Assembly (NCBI RefSeq): GCF_030144855.1
Contig: NC_082714.1
Location: 127,038,001-127,092,588 of the forward strand
DNA: 54,588 nt
Direction of reading: 5' to 3'
Source: Hypanus sabinus
Taxonomy: Eukaryota
Positions within the stretch are counted from its first letter, which is position 1; every line of letters starts with the position of its first letter. Both the position numbers and the translations under genes were made by a program. Below the pieces are notes generated by a model. The model was not told the origin of the DNA. It searched no databases and saw only the letters and a list, made by a program, of their open reading frames with translations. Shown one piece after another: positions 37,028-49,744 of this stretch.

Positions 37028-38000
37028 TTACTTAGCAAAGCATATTTTCTCGAGGTGCCCTACCCTCTGACAGACTGTCTTTTGCTGCTTGCAATTAGAC
37101 CACTGGGCATGACTTTCACCACAGCGATGGCAAGTTTACGTCATCTCTGGAGATAGTAGGTTGCAGATTGGTATCCACAGCAAACATTGACATTCTTGGG
37201 AGGGACTTTTGCCCCAAGATTGCCTGAATCAGTGGGAATGGGGTTGTCTGAATCTGTGTAAGGCCTCTCATAGACCATTAGACCTTAAGATATAGGAACA
37301 GAATTAGGCCATTTGGCTCATCGAGTCTGCTCTGCCATTCTATCATGGCTGATCCCAGATTCCACGCAACCCCACACACCTGCCTTCTCACCATATCCTT
37401 TGACCTCCTGACCCATCAAGAAACATCAAACTTTCACCTTAAATATACACATGGACTCTTGACTGCCTCCTGGTGGGAACAGTGGGGCATGTTTTGTCCC
37501 AAGACAAATTGAGCCTTTCAGACAGGAGGCTGTTGTGTGTCCATCTTGGACTCCATCAAACAGTGCTTGGATAAACATAGCTTCCTTGAATTTGCTTGGA
37601 AGGTTATCTATGTACTTGCATTCCTGCACGGCTGGGGTCAGTCTTGTGATGAAATCATCCGTGTTCTCGTCAGGATCTGTTACAGCTGTGAGAACATGAA
37701 GCATTGCCCTCCATCCCCCAGACATTGTCCAGAGCCTCAAGCATGCCTGTCAGTTCAGATTCATTTTGGAGGTGCAGAGCAGAGACATATTTCTACCCAA
37801 GATCTCACAAGTGCATGTGGAGCAGCTTGAGTTTCATTGCTTACTCCAGCTTTGCTGCCAGTGTTAAAATTGTTGAGAGTTCAATGTAGTTCTGGAATGT
37901 TCTCTTCCATTGTGGCCAGGTTCCAGTGGTTGATTTTGCCAAAGCTGCGTCCCACAATGGACTGGGTGCTTGGAGTAGAGTGGCCGTTCTTGTTATGAAT
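37028..38000 (-). mobile_element. Ty3/Gypsy-like gag relic interrupted by a CR1 3' end
   Basis: Minus peptides WPQWKRTFQNYIE, PDENTDDFITRLTPAVQECKY...FIQALFDGVQD and the knuckle TCHRCGESHAQWSNCKQQKTVCQRVGHLEKICF (37135-37037), in gag order. Confidence 0.75.
37269..37465 (-). mobile_element. Short CR1 3' end nested in the gag relic
   Basis: catagaccattagaccttaagatataggaacagaattaggcc tail. Confidence 0.85.
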
Positions 38001-38457
38001 GCGCGTAGTGAGAATGACAACAAAATAGCATGATTACACATTTTTACTGGGTCATGGTAGTAATGGTACACACTAGACAGCTTACCTTTTCAGAGCTACG
38101 AACCAAGGCCACCGAGATTAAAGACATAAAGTCCGCACCAAAGGATAGAGCCCTCTGCATGTAGGATGCCCAATCAATTCAGCACGCAATGAATTGGCTG
38201 CATGCATGCTAACTTGCCGCATTCTCGCGATTGGTCTGATACGATTCAACGGGATTTTCTGATGCTGCCACTGCTGAGCCGAACGCGGGTCTGGCGGATT
38301 CGCAGTCCTGAAAACAAGTAGCTGACACGGTTTTCAGGATGAGCTAATCTCCTCAAAAAAAAATCATCTGAAATGAATAGTCCAGGAGCAACTGAAACAC
38401 CCCCGCAGTTGTAGCAAACCCTAAGCTCAAGTTGTAAGTTGTAAATATTGCCTAATA

Positions 38458-39730
38458 TTTAGAATCTTAGTCGTACAGCATAGAAACAGACCCTTCAGGA
38501 CAACTGGTCCATGCTGATCCAGATATCCCATCCAAGCTAGTACCATTTGCCAGCATTTGGAAAATCTTTCCAATTCAAGTACATATCCAACTCTCTTTTG
38601 TTACTTTACCTGTCTCAAACTGTTAATTCTGCATAAGTACCATCCTTTTTATAATAAAATACATTTTTTAAATGCCCCTTAAGTTTCTCTTAAATCTTTC
38701 CCCTCTTAAGTTAAAACTATACCATCTGGTTCGTGATAGCCCAAATCTGCGGAAAAAAGACTGAATGCATTCACCCGTTCTGAGTAGCTTGTGATTTTCT
38801 ACAGCCCCGCATCTTCATATCCCGCACTCCAAGCAATAAACTCCTAAACTCTCCAACTTCTCCCTATAATTCAGACCATCAAGTCCTGGCAGCATCATTG
38901 TAAGTCTTTTCTGCACTCCCTATAGTTCAATAATATATTTCCTCGAACAGGATGACCAAAGCTGAACACAATCTGCCAAATGTGGTCTCACCAACATCTA
39001 TACAACCCATCAGGCTTATTATCACCCGCCTGTATCGTGAAATGTGTTCACTTAGCAGCAGCAGTACAAACAATAGAAAAAAAAAGTTAATCAATTACAG
39101 TAAGTATAACATGTATATTAAATAGATTAAAAACAGTGCAAAAACAAATAATATATATCAAAAGTAACTGAAGTAGTGTTCATGGGTTCAATGTCCATCT
39201 AATAATCAAATGGCAGAAGCAGTTACTGAATCACTGAGTGTGTGCTTTCAGGCTTCTGTATCTCCTACCTGATGGTAACAATGAGAAGAGGGCATGCCCT
39301 GGGTGATGAGAGTTCGTAATAATTGACACTGCCTTTCTGTGGCACCGCTCCTGAAGATGCCTTGGATACTACAGAGACTGGTACCCAAGATGGAGCTGAC
39401 TAATTTTACAGTTTTCTGGAGCATCTTTTGTTCCTGTGCAGATGCCTCACCACCCTCATACCAGAGAGTGACACAACCTGTCAGAATGGCCTCCACAATA
39501 CATTGATAGAAGTTTTAGGTGACAAACCAACTCTCTACAAATTCCTAATATAGTTATTGCCTTGCCTTCTTTATTGCTGCATCAATATGTTGCGACCAGG
39601 TTAGTTCCTCAGAGATCTTGACACCCATGAATTTGAAATCATAACCACTCAACTTTTATAGTGAATTCCCTGACTTATGATGGCCAGCACGTTAAAAACA
39701 TCTTCATCACCCTGTCATCACCCATGCAGC
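38458..39730 (-). mobile_element. CR1 3' fragment (38458-39008, 39640-39730) split by a Rex1 insertion
   Basis: CR1 tail gtacagcatagaaacagaccc. The body stops at ccaacatctatacaac and resumes at cataaccactcaact...gatggccagcac, collinear with 46800-46900. Confidence 0.75.
39010..39639 (-). mobile_element. Rex1/Babar 3' fragment
   Basis: Minus ORF VEAILTGCVTLWYEG...QKTVKLVSSILGTSL. Confidence 0.85.
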
Positions 39731-40243
39731 AAATACATGGGCATGTGTTTAGTTCAGATTAAGCCTTTGAGGAAGTGCCCAATGTTTACCTGATGGCATT
39801 GAGCTGTAAATCACATAAACAGGCCTAGAGCTTCAGCATGTTGACTTATTGTGAAGGGGAAGTAAAGCTTGATTAAATCAGATATCTATCAGCGAGCCCT
39901 TCCGGCAGCAATTGTAAATCTTTATCATTATTTCTTGCCATCTTCACTTTCCTGTTGCATAATAACTTTTCTTTGCATCTCAGCATGATGCATCCAAGAC
40001 TGATTCTGAAGACTTTTGGTTAGTTTAATGAGATTTGCACAATTTAGAAAATCGTACTTTTTAAACACTACAACATTGTAGCCTTGGGTCATTTTAGTCG
40101 GACTAATGTAAGGCTGAATTCTGGCCCATGTTGAAAGGATCAGATTCATGTATGATGCATTCATTTTGAACCCCACTACTTTTCAAAGACATATCTGGTA
40201 TCAGAGACATGAGTGGGCTGAAGCAATTTGGAATGCAATTGGA

Positions 40244-40310
40244 GACAAAAGAGACTGCACATTCTGGGATCTAGAGCAACAAACAATCTGCTGCAGGAAC
40301 TCAGTGGGTT
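40244..40310 (-). mobile_element. Penelope pLTR fragment
   Basis: acaaaagagactgcacattctgggatctagagcaacaaacaatctgctgcaggaactcag, similar to 19152-19220. Confidence 0.65.
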
Positions 40311-41790
40311 GTTGCTGCCTGACCTTCTGAATTCCTCCAAAGGTTTGTTTGTTGGAATGAGACTGGAAATTTTTAATGAACATCGCAAGCATAAAAGTCT
40401 TCAGATGCCACAAGAAGAACTTGCCTTTCTAGGTGCATTCATTTCTGTTAGTGAGTTCCCTTGCCACCTTCCTGGCCTGCAATTTTCTATTGAAAATTCA
40501 AAAATTCTGGTTTATCTATTAATGTATAAATGTAGCTGATTTCCCATTATACTTGCTCTGGGTTAGTCACTAAATTGTCTTAGCCCCAAAAAGAAATCTG
40601 TGCTGGCATATGGCTAGCGATGCCCAGAATCCCAATTGCTAAGTGTGCAATAAATTGTAATGACTTCGCAAATCCGTGCTGTTTTCTGAATGAAACTTTA
40701 GATGTAAAACATGGAATTGCCCAGTAACAAGAATGCATGAATGTTTTTTTTTCATTGTTCCCCGTGCTTTGGCTCACAAGCTATTAAATTAAAATATTTC
40801 TTCCATATTACTTCATAAGACAGGAGTTGCTTTATAACAATCCTTTAGCTAGTTTTGTTGCATTTAATTGTGATGGATTTCTTGCTATATCAAGAGCCTA
40901 AGTTACATATGATTTACAAGGAGCACATACAGAATATTTGATACTTAATGCACTGGCAGCTGTCTATATCTAGTTTAATTTACAGAATGGGATGTCACGC
41001 TGCTGTATCAACTTTGGCAGATTTAGTCTCTATTTTATAAAGCAAACAATGTGTGCTTTGAATGTCCAAGGCCCTGCAGAAATGAAGAGAAATACAATCA
41101 GAAAAGGCGAATTCTTCGTTTTCTAAAAAAAAGTGCCCTGACATCTTTGTTCTTCACTCTAAAATGGGAAGTGAAATAAAGCAGAAAAGGAAGGGGCAAT
41201 ATTCTGTGCTGTGAACACAGTAAAGCTATTCTCCTGGACCATTATGAAAGCTTTAATTTGAACTCACACAATAAGCGTGAATGAAAATGGCCACCAAAGC
41301 CACCCTGATTCAGAAATCTCTCTCCCAATAACTTCCAGCTGTTCTTTTTAACAGATTCTGGGTATTTGCTTTGCTCCTTAACCCATTCCATTTTTTATGC
41401 CTTTGATTTTCTTCTTGGCACTTGTCCTAATTTGCTGCTTGCTTTATCAAATCTGCACTCTTTCTATCACCAGTTAAATCTGATTGTTGTTTCAGATTAA
41501 CCTCTGGTGTGTTGCGCTGTTGGTGGTGTTATTTTTGTGGATGAAAGATTGTACTGAGGCCTACCTCCTCTTGTGGTTCCATATTGAAGAGCAGTATGCT
41601 ATTCCTGTTTTCCAATCATCATTTCCAAAAGCTGGATATCTGATTGCTATTACATTGCAGTTTGCTGGCGATTGCTGTGTGTTATGTTTCCTAGATTGCA
41701 GTAGCTACATGTTAAAACTACTTCACTGATCATGAAGTGCTTTAGCTGTTTAGAAAGAGATGTGAAAACCATTATGTAAATGAAGGTTTT

Positions 41791-42287
41791 TTAATTATTG
41801 CATTGAATAACAGTCAGTGTCCTTTCTCAGTCACCTGAACAGGCAGAGATCCCCAGTTTTTTTCCCTTGTTACAGTCCTCAAAATTTTGAAGATCAAACA
41901 TTTTCTTTTTGCATTGGATTTCAGAAAAAAAAACAAATTCAAGATATTGGTAACATCTGTTTCTGCTGGTTTGAGCCTTCCAGCTAGGAATTGCTTGTGG
42001 ATAAAGAGTATTTTTCAGTCAAACTTCTACTGCATGGAGACTGCCTCATGAATTTCTTCATCTCACTTCCATGGGTCTTCTCCATTCTGGATTCCTATCT
42101 GAAACTTCTACTGATAGGCTGAACGTTGGGGATTTACAGTAATTTAATTATTGCAATGGATAACAGTCCATGTCTGTTCTCAGTCACCGGAACAGCTAGA
42201 GATACCTAATGGAAGTCTGGGGATCTCCAGCTGTTCAGGTGACTGAGAATGGACATCTACTGTTGTTCAATGTAATAATTAATTACA
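41791..42287. repeat. Three copies of a ~65-bp unit (+, +, -); the last two form a ~145-bp hairpin
   Basis: The unit ttaattattgca..g.a.aacagt...tgtc..ttctcagtcacc.gaacag...gagat occurs at 41791 (+), 42144 (+) and 42282 (-). Confidence 0.9.
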
Positions 42288-42594
42288 TTTAATACCTGCT
42301 TTAAATAAACTTCAGAGACCTGAAGCATGGTTCTGTGGTGGGCATGGGTTAGGCTCTAACTGGGGACGGAGCCTTTAGATCCTCCCTCCCTTCGGTCTTA
42401 AATGATTAGTCCAGAGTATTAATGCCTTCAAAACCAGGAGCTTTTATTTGACACTCTATATGTGGTGGTTCATCAGATGTGTTTTGGACTAAACTGCACC
42501 CAGTAATAACTTGATTTTGAAATTAATAGTGTTTCCAAATCACTCCGGGAGGAAGGGATTGGAGAGCGGGAGATCCAAAATGTTCTTCTACATC

Positions 42595-42710
42595 CCTGAT
42601 TATTGTCAGAACATTGTAACCTTTTCTTTTATGTTTTGATCTTTACCGCTGCTACAACACAACAAATTCCATGACATATGTCAGTGATGAGAAATCTGAT
42701 TTCTGATTCT
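42595..42710 (+). mobile_element. Short Rex1-like 3' terminus
   Basis: caacaaattccatgacatatgtcagtgatgagaaatctgatttctgattct tail. Confidence 0.55.
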
Positions 42711-43308
42711 TTTTGATTTGGCAGAGAAAAGTAGTGCATAACTGCATTGCTCATTATCAGCTGGTAGAATATCATGTACAGATGTAGTTCTGGTTATAAC
42801 TACTGAGAAACTGATTGAAACTCTTGATTTAGCTGGACACAGTGGACCAGTGCTCTTTGTTTAGAAATGTTGTCAATTTTTCTGTAGCATTCAGTCAGCT
42901 TGTGGCTAAATGTTTCACTGATGTCACACTGATGTTTCTGACATTCTGCTTTTTATTATGGCCAAAAGATATTTGGATTACCTTAGCAATATTTATTCCA
43001 CAAAATCAATTGTATTCAAATTTTATTGTAATGTGCTATCTCTGTCTTAGTCCAAATAATGTGCAGTATTTTTTGCTATAGAATGATTACTTGAACTTGA
43101 TTTTACATCACAGGACTTGATGGCAGAATCTAATTAATACTCCATGCGCAACTACACTGTGCTTGATTTACCATTGCCATCTTTAAAAGTAGAGGAAAAA
43201 TTGAATCTATGCAATTCCCTTCTCCATCACTTTCAATATATCGTAATTGCTGGAGCGACTTAATCATTGTAATTACAACCTTCAGAAATTAGCTAAACTG
43301 CACACAAA

Positions 43309-43322
43309 CCACTAGAGGGCAC
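43309..43322 (+). promoter_or_regulatory. CTCF core motif
   Basis: CCACTAGAGGGCAC fits the CCASYAGRKGGCRS consensus. ctgcac just upstream resembles the CTCF upstream motif. It lies in apparently non-TE DNA. Confidence 0.6.
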
Positions 43323-44219
43323 TACAGCTAATGAGGGCAAAGGGTTAAAGAAACTGTGCATCATTTCAGTCACTCCCCAATTACTCAACAGCTGCGAGAG
43401 ATCCCTCAGTACCTGCACCGTTACTTTGGTGTCAACTTCTGTGAATGAAAGGATCTGTTTTCAACAAATGCCTGCAAGAACTGGCATTGGGACTGAACAA
43501 ACCCAAAAATAACATTTTTGCTTTGGTTTTATAATCTCTTTGTCTAGAAGTCTAGCCCCATTATAGGGACTCTCACCACGTATGAGGAAGATGTAAATAC
43601 TGAATTGCTGGCTTGAATGGCATTCATTTATCAAGGTCAGATGTGGTGGGAAGTGTCTTACTGATTTACAGACTGTTGTTTTTAGACAGATACTTGAAAT
43701 ACAATTCAGTATTAATGCTGACAGAATTAATGGCCATCAGTATTCTGAAACCTACAGTGTACAGTGTGTTTAGCCATTGGGTCACTTCCAGTTTACTGAA
43801 GGTACTGGCGCTTTGAAGTTATGCTGAACAGATGGTGGCTGATCAGAGATTAGCACTGGGTCAAAGGTTACTTGGCAGCAAAGTATACTATGATGAACCC
43901 TGTCTATAATGGTCACCACTGGGACTATGCTTTATTCACTGCGCTGAACAAGTGACTGTTAAAACTCATGCTAGATGTTAGTCGCGTTTCTGTACACCTC
44001 ATGTATAATTCAAAACCAGGAAACACTCAGAAGTCTGCGCTTTAAGTGCTAGTACTTGGGCTGTTGTTAATCATACTGGCGATTTAAGTATTTCCCCCTC
44101 ACTTCACGGTGTCCCAGAAGTAAACACAGCAGGATGGACATTCAACATGATTTTCAACTAAATGCTGTGACAAGATTCTCTACCTTTGACTGCCAAAACA
44201 TAGAGGGACCTTCATGAAT

Positions 44220-45885
44220 TCCCACAGCCCCCAATGACCCTGTGATTTCAGTCTCTGATGCAGATGTGAGAGCATCCTTCCATGAACCCACGGAAAACAT
44301 CTGGTCCAGATGGGGTACTTGACTACACTAAAGACCTGTGCTGATCAACTGGTCACAGTGTTCACAGATACCTTTCACAAAAACCTTTAACCTCTCACTT
44401 TGGCAGCCTCAGGTATCTACCTGCTTCAAACAGGGCAAACAGGGTTGGGTTATACCTGAGAAAAACATGGTAATTTGCCTCAGTGACTATCGTCCAGTAG
44501 CACTTACATCCACAGTGAGAGGCTGTTGATCAAATCTATCAACTCCTGCCAGAGAAACGACTTGGCTATAATTTGTCCACCTGTGCAAGGGGTTCACAGC
44601 AGGTGCTGTTTCATTGGATCTTCACTCCACTCTGGAGCGTCTGGACAGCAAAGAGGCATGCATCAGGATGCTCTTTATCGACTACAACTCAGAATTCAAT
44701 ACCATCATCCCCTCAAAATGAATTAGTAAGCTCCAAGACCTTGGTGTCAATACCTCCTTGTGCAGTTGGTTCCTCAATTTCCTCACTTGCAGATCGAGTC
44801 ATTTTGGATTCGGAAAAACATCTCCTCTACAGTCTCCATTAGCACAGGTATACCATAAGGTTGTGAGCTTAGACCCTGCTCTACTCGCTTTACACTTATG
44901 ACTGTGCAGCTAAGCACAGCTCCAATGACATATTTAATTTTGCTGACAACACAAAGGTGGTGAATCTGCATATAGGAAGAAGAGTGAAAATCTGGCTGAG
45001 TGGTGCTACGGCAACCTCTCATTCAATGTCAGCAAGATCAAAGAGCTGATTATTGACTTCAGGAGGAGGAAACTCGAGGTCCATGAACCAGTCCTCATCA
45101 GAGGTGAAGAGTGTCAGCAACTTTAAGTTCTTCGGTGTTATCAATTCAGAGAATCTGTCCTGGGCCCTGCATGTTAGAGCAATTACATAGAAAGCCCGGC
45201 AGTGCCTCTACTTCTTTACAAGTTTGTGAAGATTTAGCATGACGTCTAAAACATTGACAAACTTCAGAGAGTTTTTGACTGGTTGCACCATGGCCGGGTT
45301 TGGAAGCCCCAATGCTCTTGAATGGAAAATCCTACAAAAAACTGGTGAATACAGCTCAGGCCATCACGGGTAGGGACTGCCCACAATTGAGCACATCTGC
45401 ATGGAGTGCTGATGCAGGAAAGCAGTATCCACATCAAGGACCACCAAGGCCATGCTCTTTTATCATTACTGCCATCAGAAAGATGGTAGAGGAGCCTCAG
45501 GGACAACACCACCAGACTTAGGAACAGTTATTACCCCTCAACCATCAGGCTCTTGAACCAGGGGAGATAACTTCACTGAATTTCTCTCACCCCATCACTG
45601 AAATGTTCTCACAACCTATGGACTCACTTTCAAGGGCTCTTCATCTGATGTTCTCAACATTTATTGCTTATGTACTTACTATTATTAATAATATATATTT
45701 CTCTTTCATATTGCCACAGATTCTTATCTTTTGCACATGTTTATCCATCCTATTGGGTACCCAGTCTTTCATTAATTATATTGTGTTTCTTGGATTTAAT
45801 GTGTATGCCCTCGAGAAAATGAATGTCAGGGTTGTATATGGTGACATACATGAACTTTGATAATAAATTTACTTTGAATTTTGAG
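44220..45885 (+). mobile_element. Rex1/Babar LINE with most of the RT domain (frameshifted)
   Basis: NPRKTSGPDGV, CLSDYRPVALTSTV, IRMLFIDY, FADN and the C-terminal domain. Tail actttgataataaatttactttgaattttga. Confidence 0.92.
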
Positions 45886-46263
45886 CTTAATCCATTTTGC
45901 TAAGAAAAGCATTATTTTATGCTCTTTGCCCAGAAAAAAAATTATTTTTGCCATTTTGTTGCCCTCCGATAATCCGAGGTAATTTTTTAAGAAAACCATT
46001 CTTGTGCATTCTAAAGTAACATTAAGCTTAAATTTACCATAGTGATTTCAAACAATATAGTGTTAGATTTTGAAGGCAGCACAATTACTTTAATTGTAGG
46101 AAGATTGTTTGTATTTGTCACAGTGCCAAGTGTGAGACATCTTGTCAAATGACAGAACGATTCATTTGACATGAGCAGTTTACATCAGCAGGTTTATCAT
46201 TGTAAAGAAACAATTCAAATTGATCTATAGAAGAATGAGCTTATGGGATTTCACCTTTCCTTT

Positions 46264-48473
46264 TAACCATATAACATATAACCATATAACAATTACAGCA
46301 TGGAAACAGGCCATCTTGGCCCTTCTAGTCTGTGCACTCAGCCCATAACCCTCCATTCCTTTCCTGTCCATATACCTATCCAATTTTACTTTAAATGACA
46401 ATACCGAACCTGCCTCTACCATTTCTACTGGAAGCTCGTTCCACACAGCTACCACTCTCTGAGTAAAGAAATTCCCCCTCGTGTTACCCTTAAACTTTTG
46501 CCCCCTAACTCTCAACACATGTCCTCTTGTTTCAGTCTCCCCTACTCTCAATGGGAAAAGCCTATCCACAACAATTTGATCTATCCCCCTCATTATTTTA
46601 AATATCTTTATCAAGTTCCCCCCTCAACCTTCTATACTCCAAAGAATAAAGACCTGACTTGTTCAGCCTTTCCCTGTAACTTGGGTGCTGAAACCCAGGT
46701 AACATTCTAGTAAATCTTCTCTGTACTCTCTCTATTTTGTTGATATCTTTCCTATAATTCGGTGACTAGAACTGTGCACAATACTCCAAATTCGGCCTTA
46801 CCAATGCCTTGTATAATTTTAACATTACATCCCAACTCCTATACTCAATACTCTGATTTATAAAGGCCACCATACCAAAAGCTTTCTTCACCACCCTATC
46901 CACGTCAGATTTCACCTTCAGGGAACTATGCACCATTATTCCCAGATCACTCTGTTCTACTGCATTCTTCAATGCCCTACCAATTACCATGTATGTCCTA
47001 TTTGGATTATTCCTACCAAAATGTAGCACCTCACACTTATCAGTATTAAACTCCATCTGGATCATTCAGCCCACTCTTCTAACTGGCCTAAATCTCTCTG
47101 CAAGCTTTGAAAACCTACTTCATTATCCACAACGCCACCTACCTTAGTATCATCAGCATTCTTACTAATCCAATTTACCACCCCATCATCCAGATCATTA
47201 ATGTATATGACAAACAACATTGGACCCAATACAGATCCCTGAAGCACACCACTAGTCACCAGCCTCCAACCTGATGAACAGTTATCCACCACTACTCTCT
47301 GGCATCTCCCATCTAGCCACTGTTGAATCCATTTTACGGCTTCAATATTAATACCTAACGATTGAACCTTCCTAACTAACCTTCCATGCGGAACCTTGTC
47401 AAAGGCCTTACTGAAGTCCATATAGACAAACATCCACTGCTTTACCCTCGTCAACTTTCCTCGTAACCTCTTCAAAAAATTCAATAAGATTTGTCAAACG
47501 TGACCCTGTACACACAAATCCACGCTGACTATTCCTAATCAGACCCTGTCTATCCAGGTAATTATATATACCATCTCTAAGAATACTTTCTATTAATTTA
47601 CCCACCACTGACGTCAAACTGACAGGCCTATAATTGCTCCGTTTACTCTTAGAACCCTTTTTAAACAATGGAAACACATGAGCAATACGCCAATCCTCCG
47701 GCACCATCCCCGTTTCTAATGACATTTTAAATATTTCTGGCAGAGCCCCTGTTATTTCTACACCAACTTCCCTCAAGGTCCTAGGGAATATCCTGTCAGT
47801 ACCTGGAGATTTATCCATTTTTATATTCCTTAAAAGTGCCAGTACTTCCTCCTCTTTAATTGTCATAGTTTCCATAACTTCCATACTCTTTTCCCTTACC
47901 TTACACAATTCAATATCCTTGTCCTTAGTGAATACCGAAGAAAAGAAATTGTTCAAAATCTCCCCCAATTCGTTCGGCTCCACACATAGCTGTCCACTCT
48001 GATTCTCTAAGGGACCAATTTTATCCTTCACTATCCTTTTGTTATTAATATAACTGTAGAAACCCTTCGGATTTATTTTCACCTTATTTGCCAAAGCAAA
48101 CTCGTATCTTCTTTTAGCTTTTCTAATTTCTTTCTTAAGATTCTTGTTACATTCTTTATATTCCTCGAGCACCTCATTTACTCCATGCGGCTTATATTTA
48201 TTGTAGATCTCCCTCTTTTTCCAAACCAAGTTTCCAGTATCCCTTGAAAACCATTGTGCTCTCAAACTTTTAACCTTTCCTTTCAACCTAACAGGAACAT
48301 AAAGATTCTGTACCCTCAACATTTCCCCTTTAAATGTGTTTCATTTCTGTGTTACATCCTTCCCATAAAACTAATTGTCCCAATCCACTCCTTCTAAGTC
48401 CTTTTGTATCTCCTCAAAGTTAGCCTCTCTCCAATCAAAAATCTCAACCCTGGGTCCAGTCCTATCCTTCTCC
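46264..48473 (-). mobile_element. CR1 LINE, 2.2-kb ORF2 fragment with complete RT (frameshifted)
   Basis: KSPGTDRIFPRTL, NYRPVSLTSVVGKLIE, YMDFSKAFDKVPH, GVLQGSVLGPMLFVIYINDL, KNADDTKVGG and LVRPNLEYC. An aaccatat-type tail repeat lies at 46264-46290. Confidence 0.97.
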
Positions 48474-48570
48474 AGTTTGTCTGTGATTGGAAAACCGTGA
48501 TGCCTTGGGTCCAAGCTTTAAGAAGAAGAGTTGGGCTGGAACTCTTAGAGCCAGCTTGACACCCAGGAAC

Positions 48571-48576
<6 letters not shown>

Positions 48577-48612
<36 letters not shown>
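48577..48612. repeat. (GT)18 microsatellite
   Basis: Read directly from the sequence. Confidence 0.97.
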
Positions 48613-48617
<5 letters not shown>

Positions 48618-48639
48618 CTCTATCTCTCTCACCATTAGA

Positions 48640-48880
48640 ACAGCTGCCCAGCAACCCCCAATGTATTGCTTCGTTAATCATGGGACAATATTAATTATGA
48701 CGATTAACCTACTTACCCAGTACATTCTTTGGATTGTGAGAAGAAACCAGAGCATCTGGAGAACAAGTGTGCATTCCATGGGCAGGACATACAGACTCCT
48801 TACGAATGTTGCCAGAATTGAACTTCGAACTACGATACCCCAAGCTGCAATAGCATCGTGCTAACAGCCACTACTGTGGT
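48640..48880 (-). mobile_element. tRNA-derived V-SINE-like element
   Basis: Reverse B-box-like gaattgaact and core ctttggattgtgagaagaaaccagagca. Antisense-homologous to 51860-52050. Confidence 0.75.
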
Positions 48881-49299
48881 TTCTCAGTGGCCTTTGACAG
48901 TTATCAAAGCTGTTTAAGGTTTTAAATGTTTGACATTCAGAAACATTCAAATTGAAGTAAATTAAAATTAAAATAGTCACTTAAAATGATTTAAAATGTT
49001 AATAAGAAAATAAGACTCTTCAAGTGACTATAAATAAAAATGAAAATAATTTAAATATGTTATCGTCCCTTTGCCTTCTAATCTGCAAGCCTAGATTGCC
49101 CATTGAGTTTGATATGGTGTCAAATCCTGTGAAAGGTCTGATCTGCTATCGGATCTGGAATATTTTTTCTCCCTTGTAGTTTCCCGGAAATCTCAGTGAG
49201 ACCAAGCCTTCGGTGATTGGGTGAATTGATGGATTTGACCCCCCGAAGCGGTCATTGTGTCTCCTTACATGTACTTATGTGGACAGACCTACTACTACC

Positions 49300-49650
49300 C
49301 TATTGTGATAGCTAGTAATTCATAGCCTTGTAGCTTCAGAGATCCAGATTCATTCCTAATCTCCTCATGCCACCTGTGTGGAGTTTTCACATTCTCCCTG
49401 TGACCATGTGGGATTCCCTAGGGTGTAATGATCCATCCCATCTTCTAAAGGCGTTACATTGGTAAGTTAAATTTGTAACTGTAATTTGTTCCTACTGCAT
49501 GGTGAATGATAGAATCTGTGGGGAATTGTTGGGAATGTGGGGTGAATAGATTATAGGGAAAATTAGTGGAGATTTGGATTGTTCTGTGAGCTGCTATAGA
49601 CCTGTTGTGTTTAAGTTGGCCTTCTATGCTCTAAAGAAATATGGAAATAG
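49300..49650 (+). mobile_element. HE1/V-SINE-like element
   Basis: tgtgtggagttttcacattctccctgtgaccatgtggg core. Tail ggccttctatgctctaaagaaatatg. Confidence 0.72.
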
Positions 49651-49744
49651 TGATTTCCAGCTGAATAACTGAATGTCCTGAGTTCATTTAAACACTGACT
49701 GCCACAGGCAGCAAGGTTCACCCCAGTCATTGGTTATGCGTGTG

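Noticed and set aside
49160-49225. Strong acceptor-like ttttttctcccttgtag
   Set aside because: All three frames stop within ~45 nt and no convincing donor follows.
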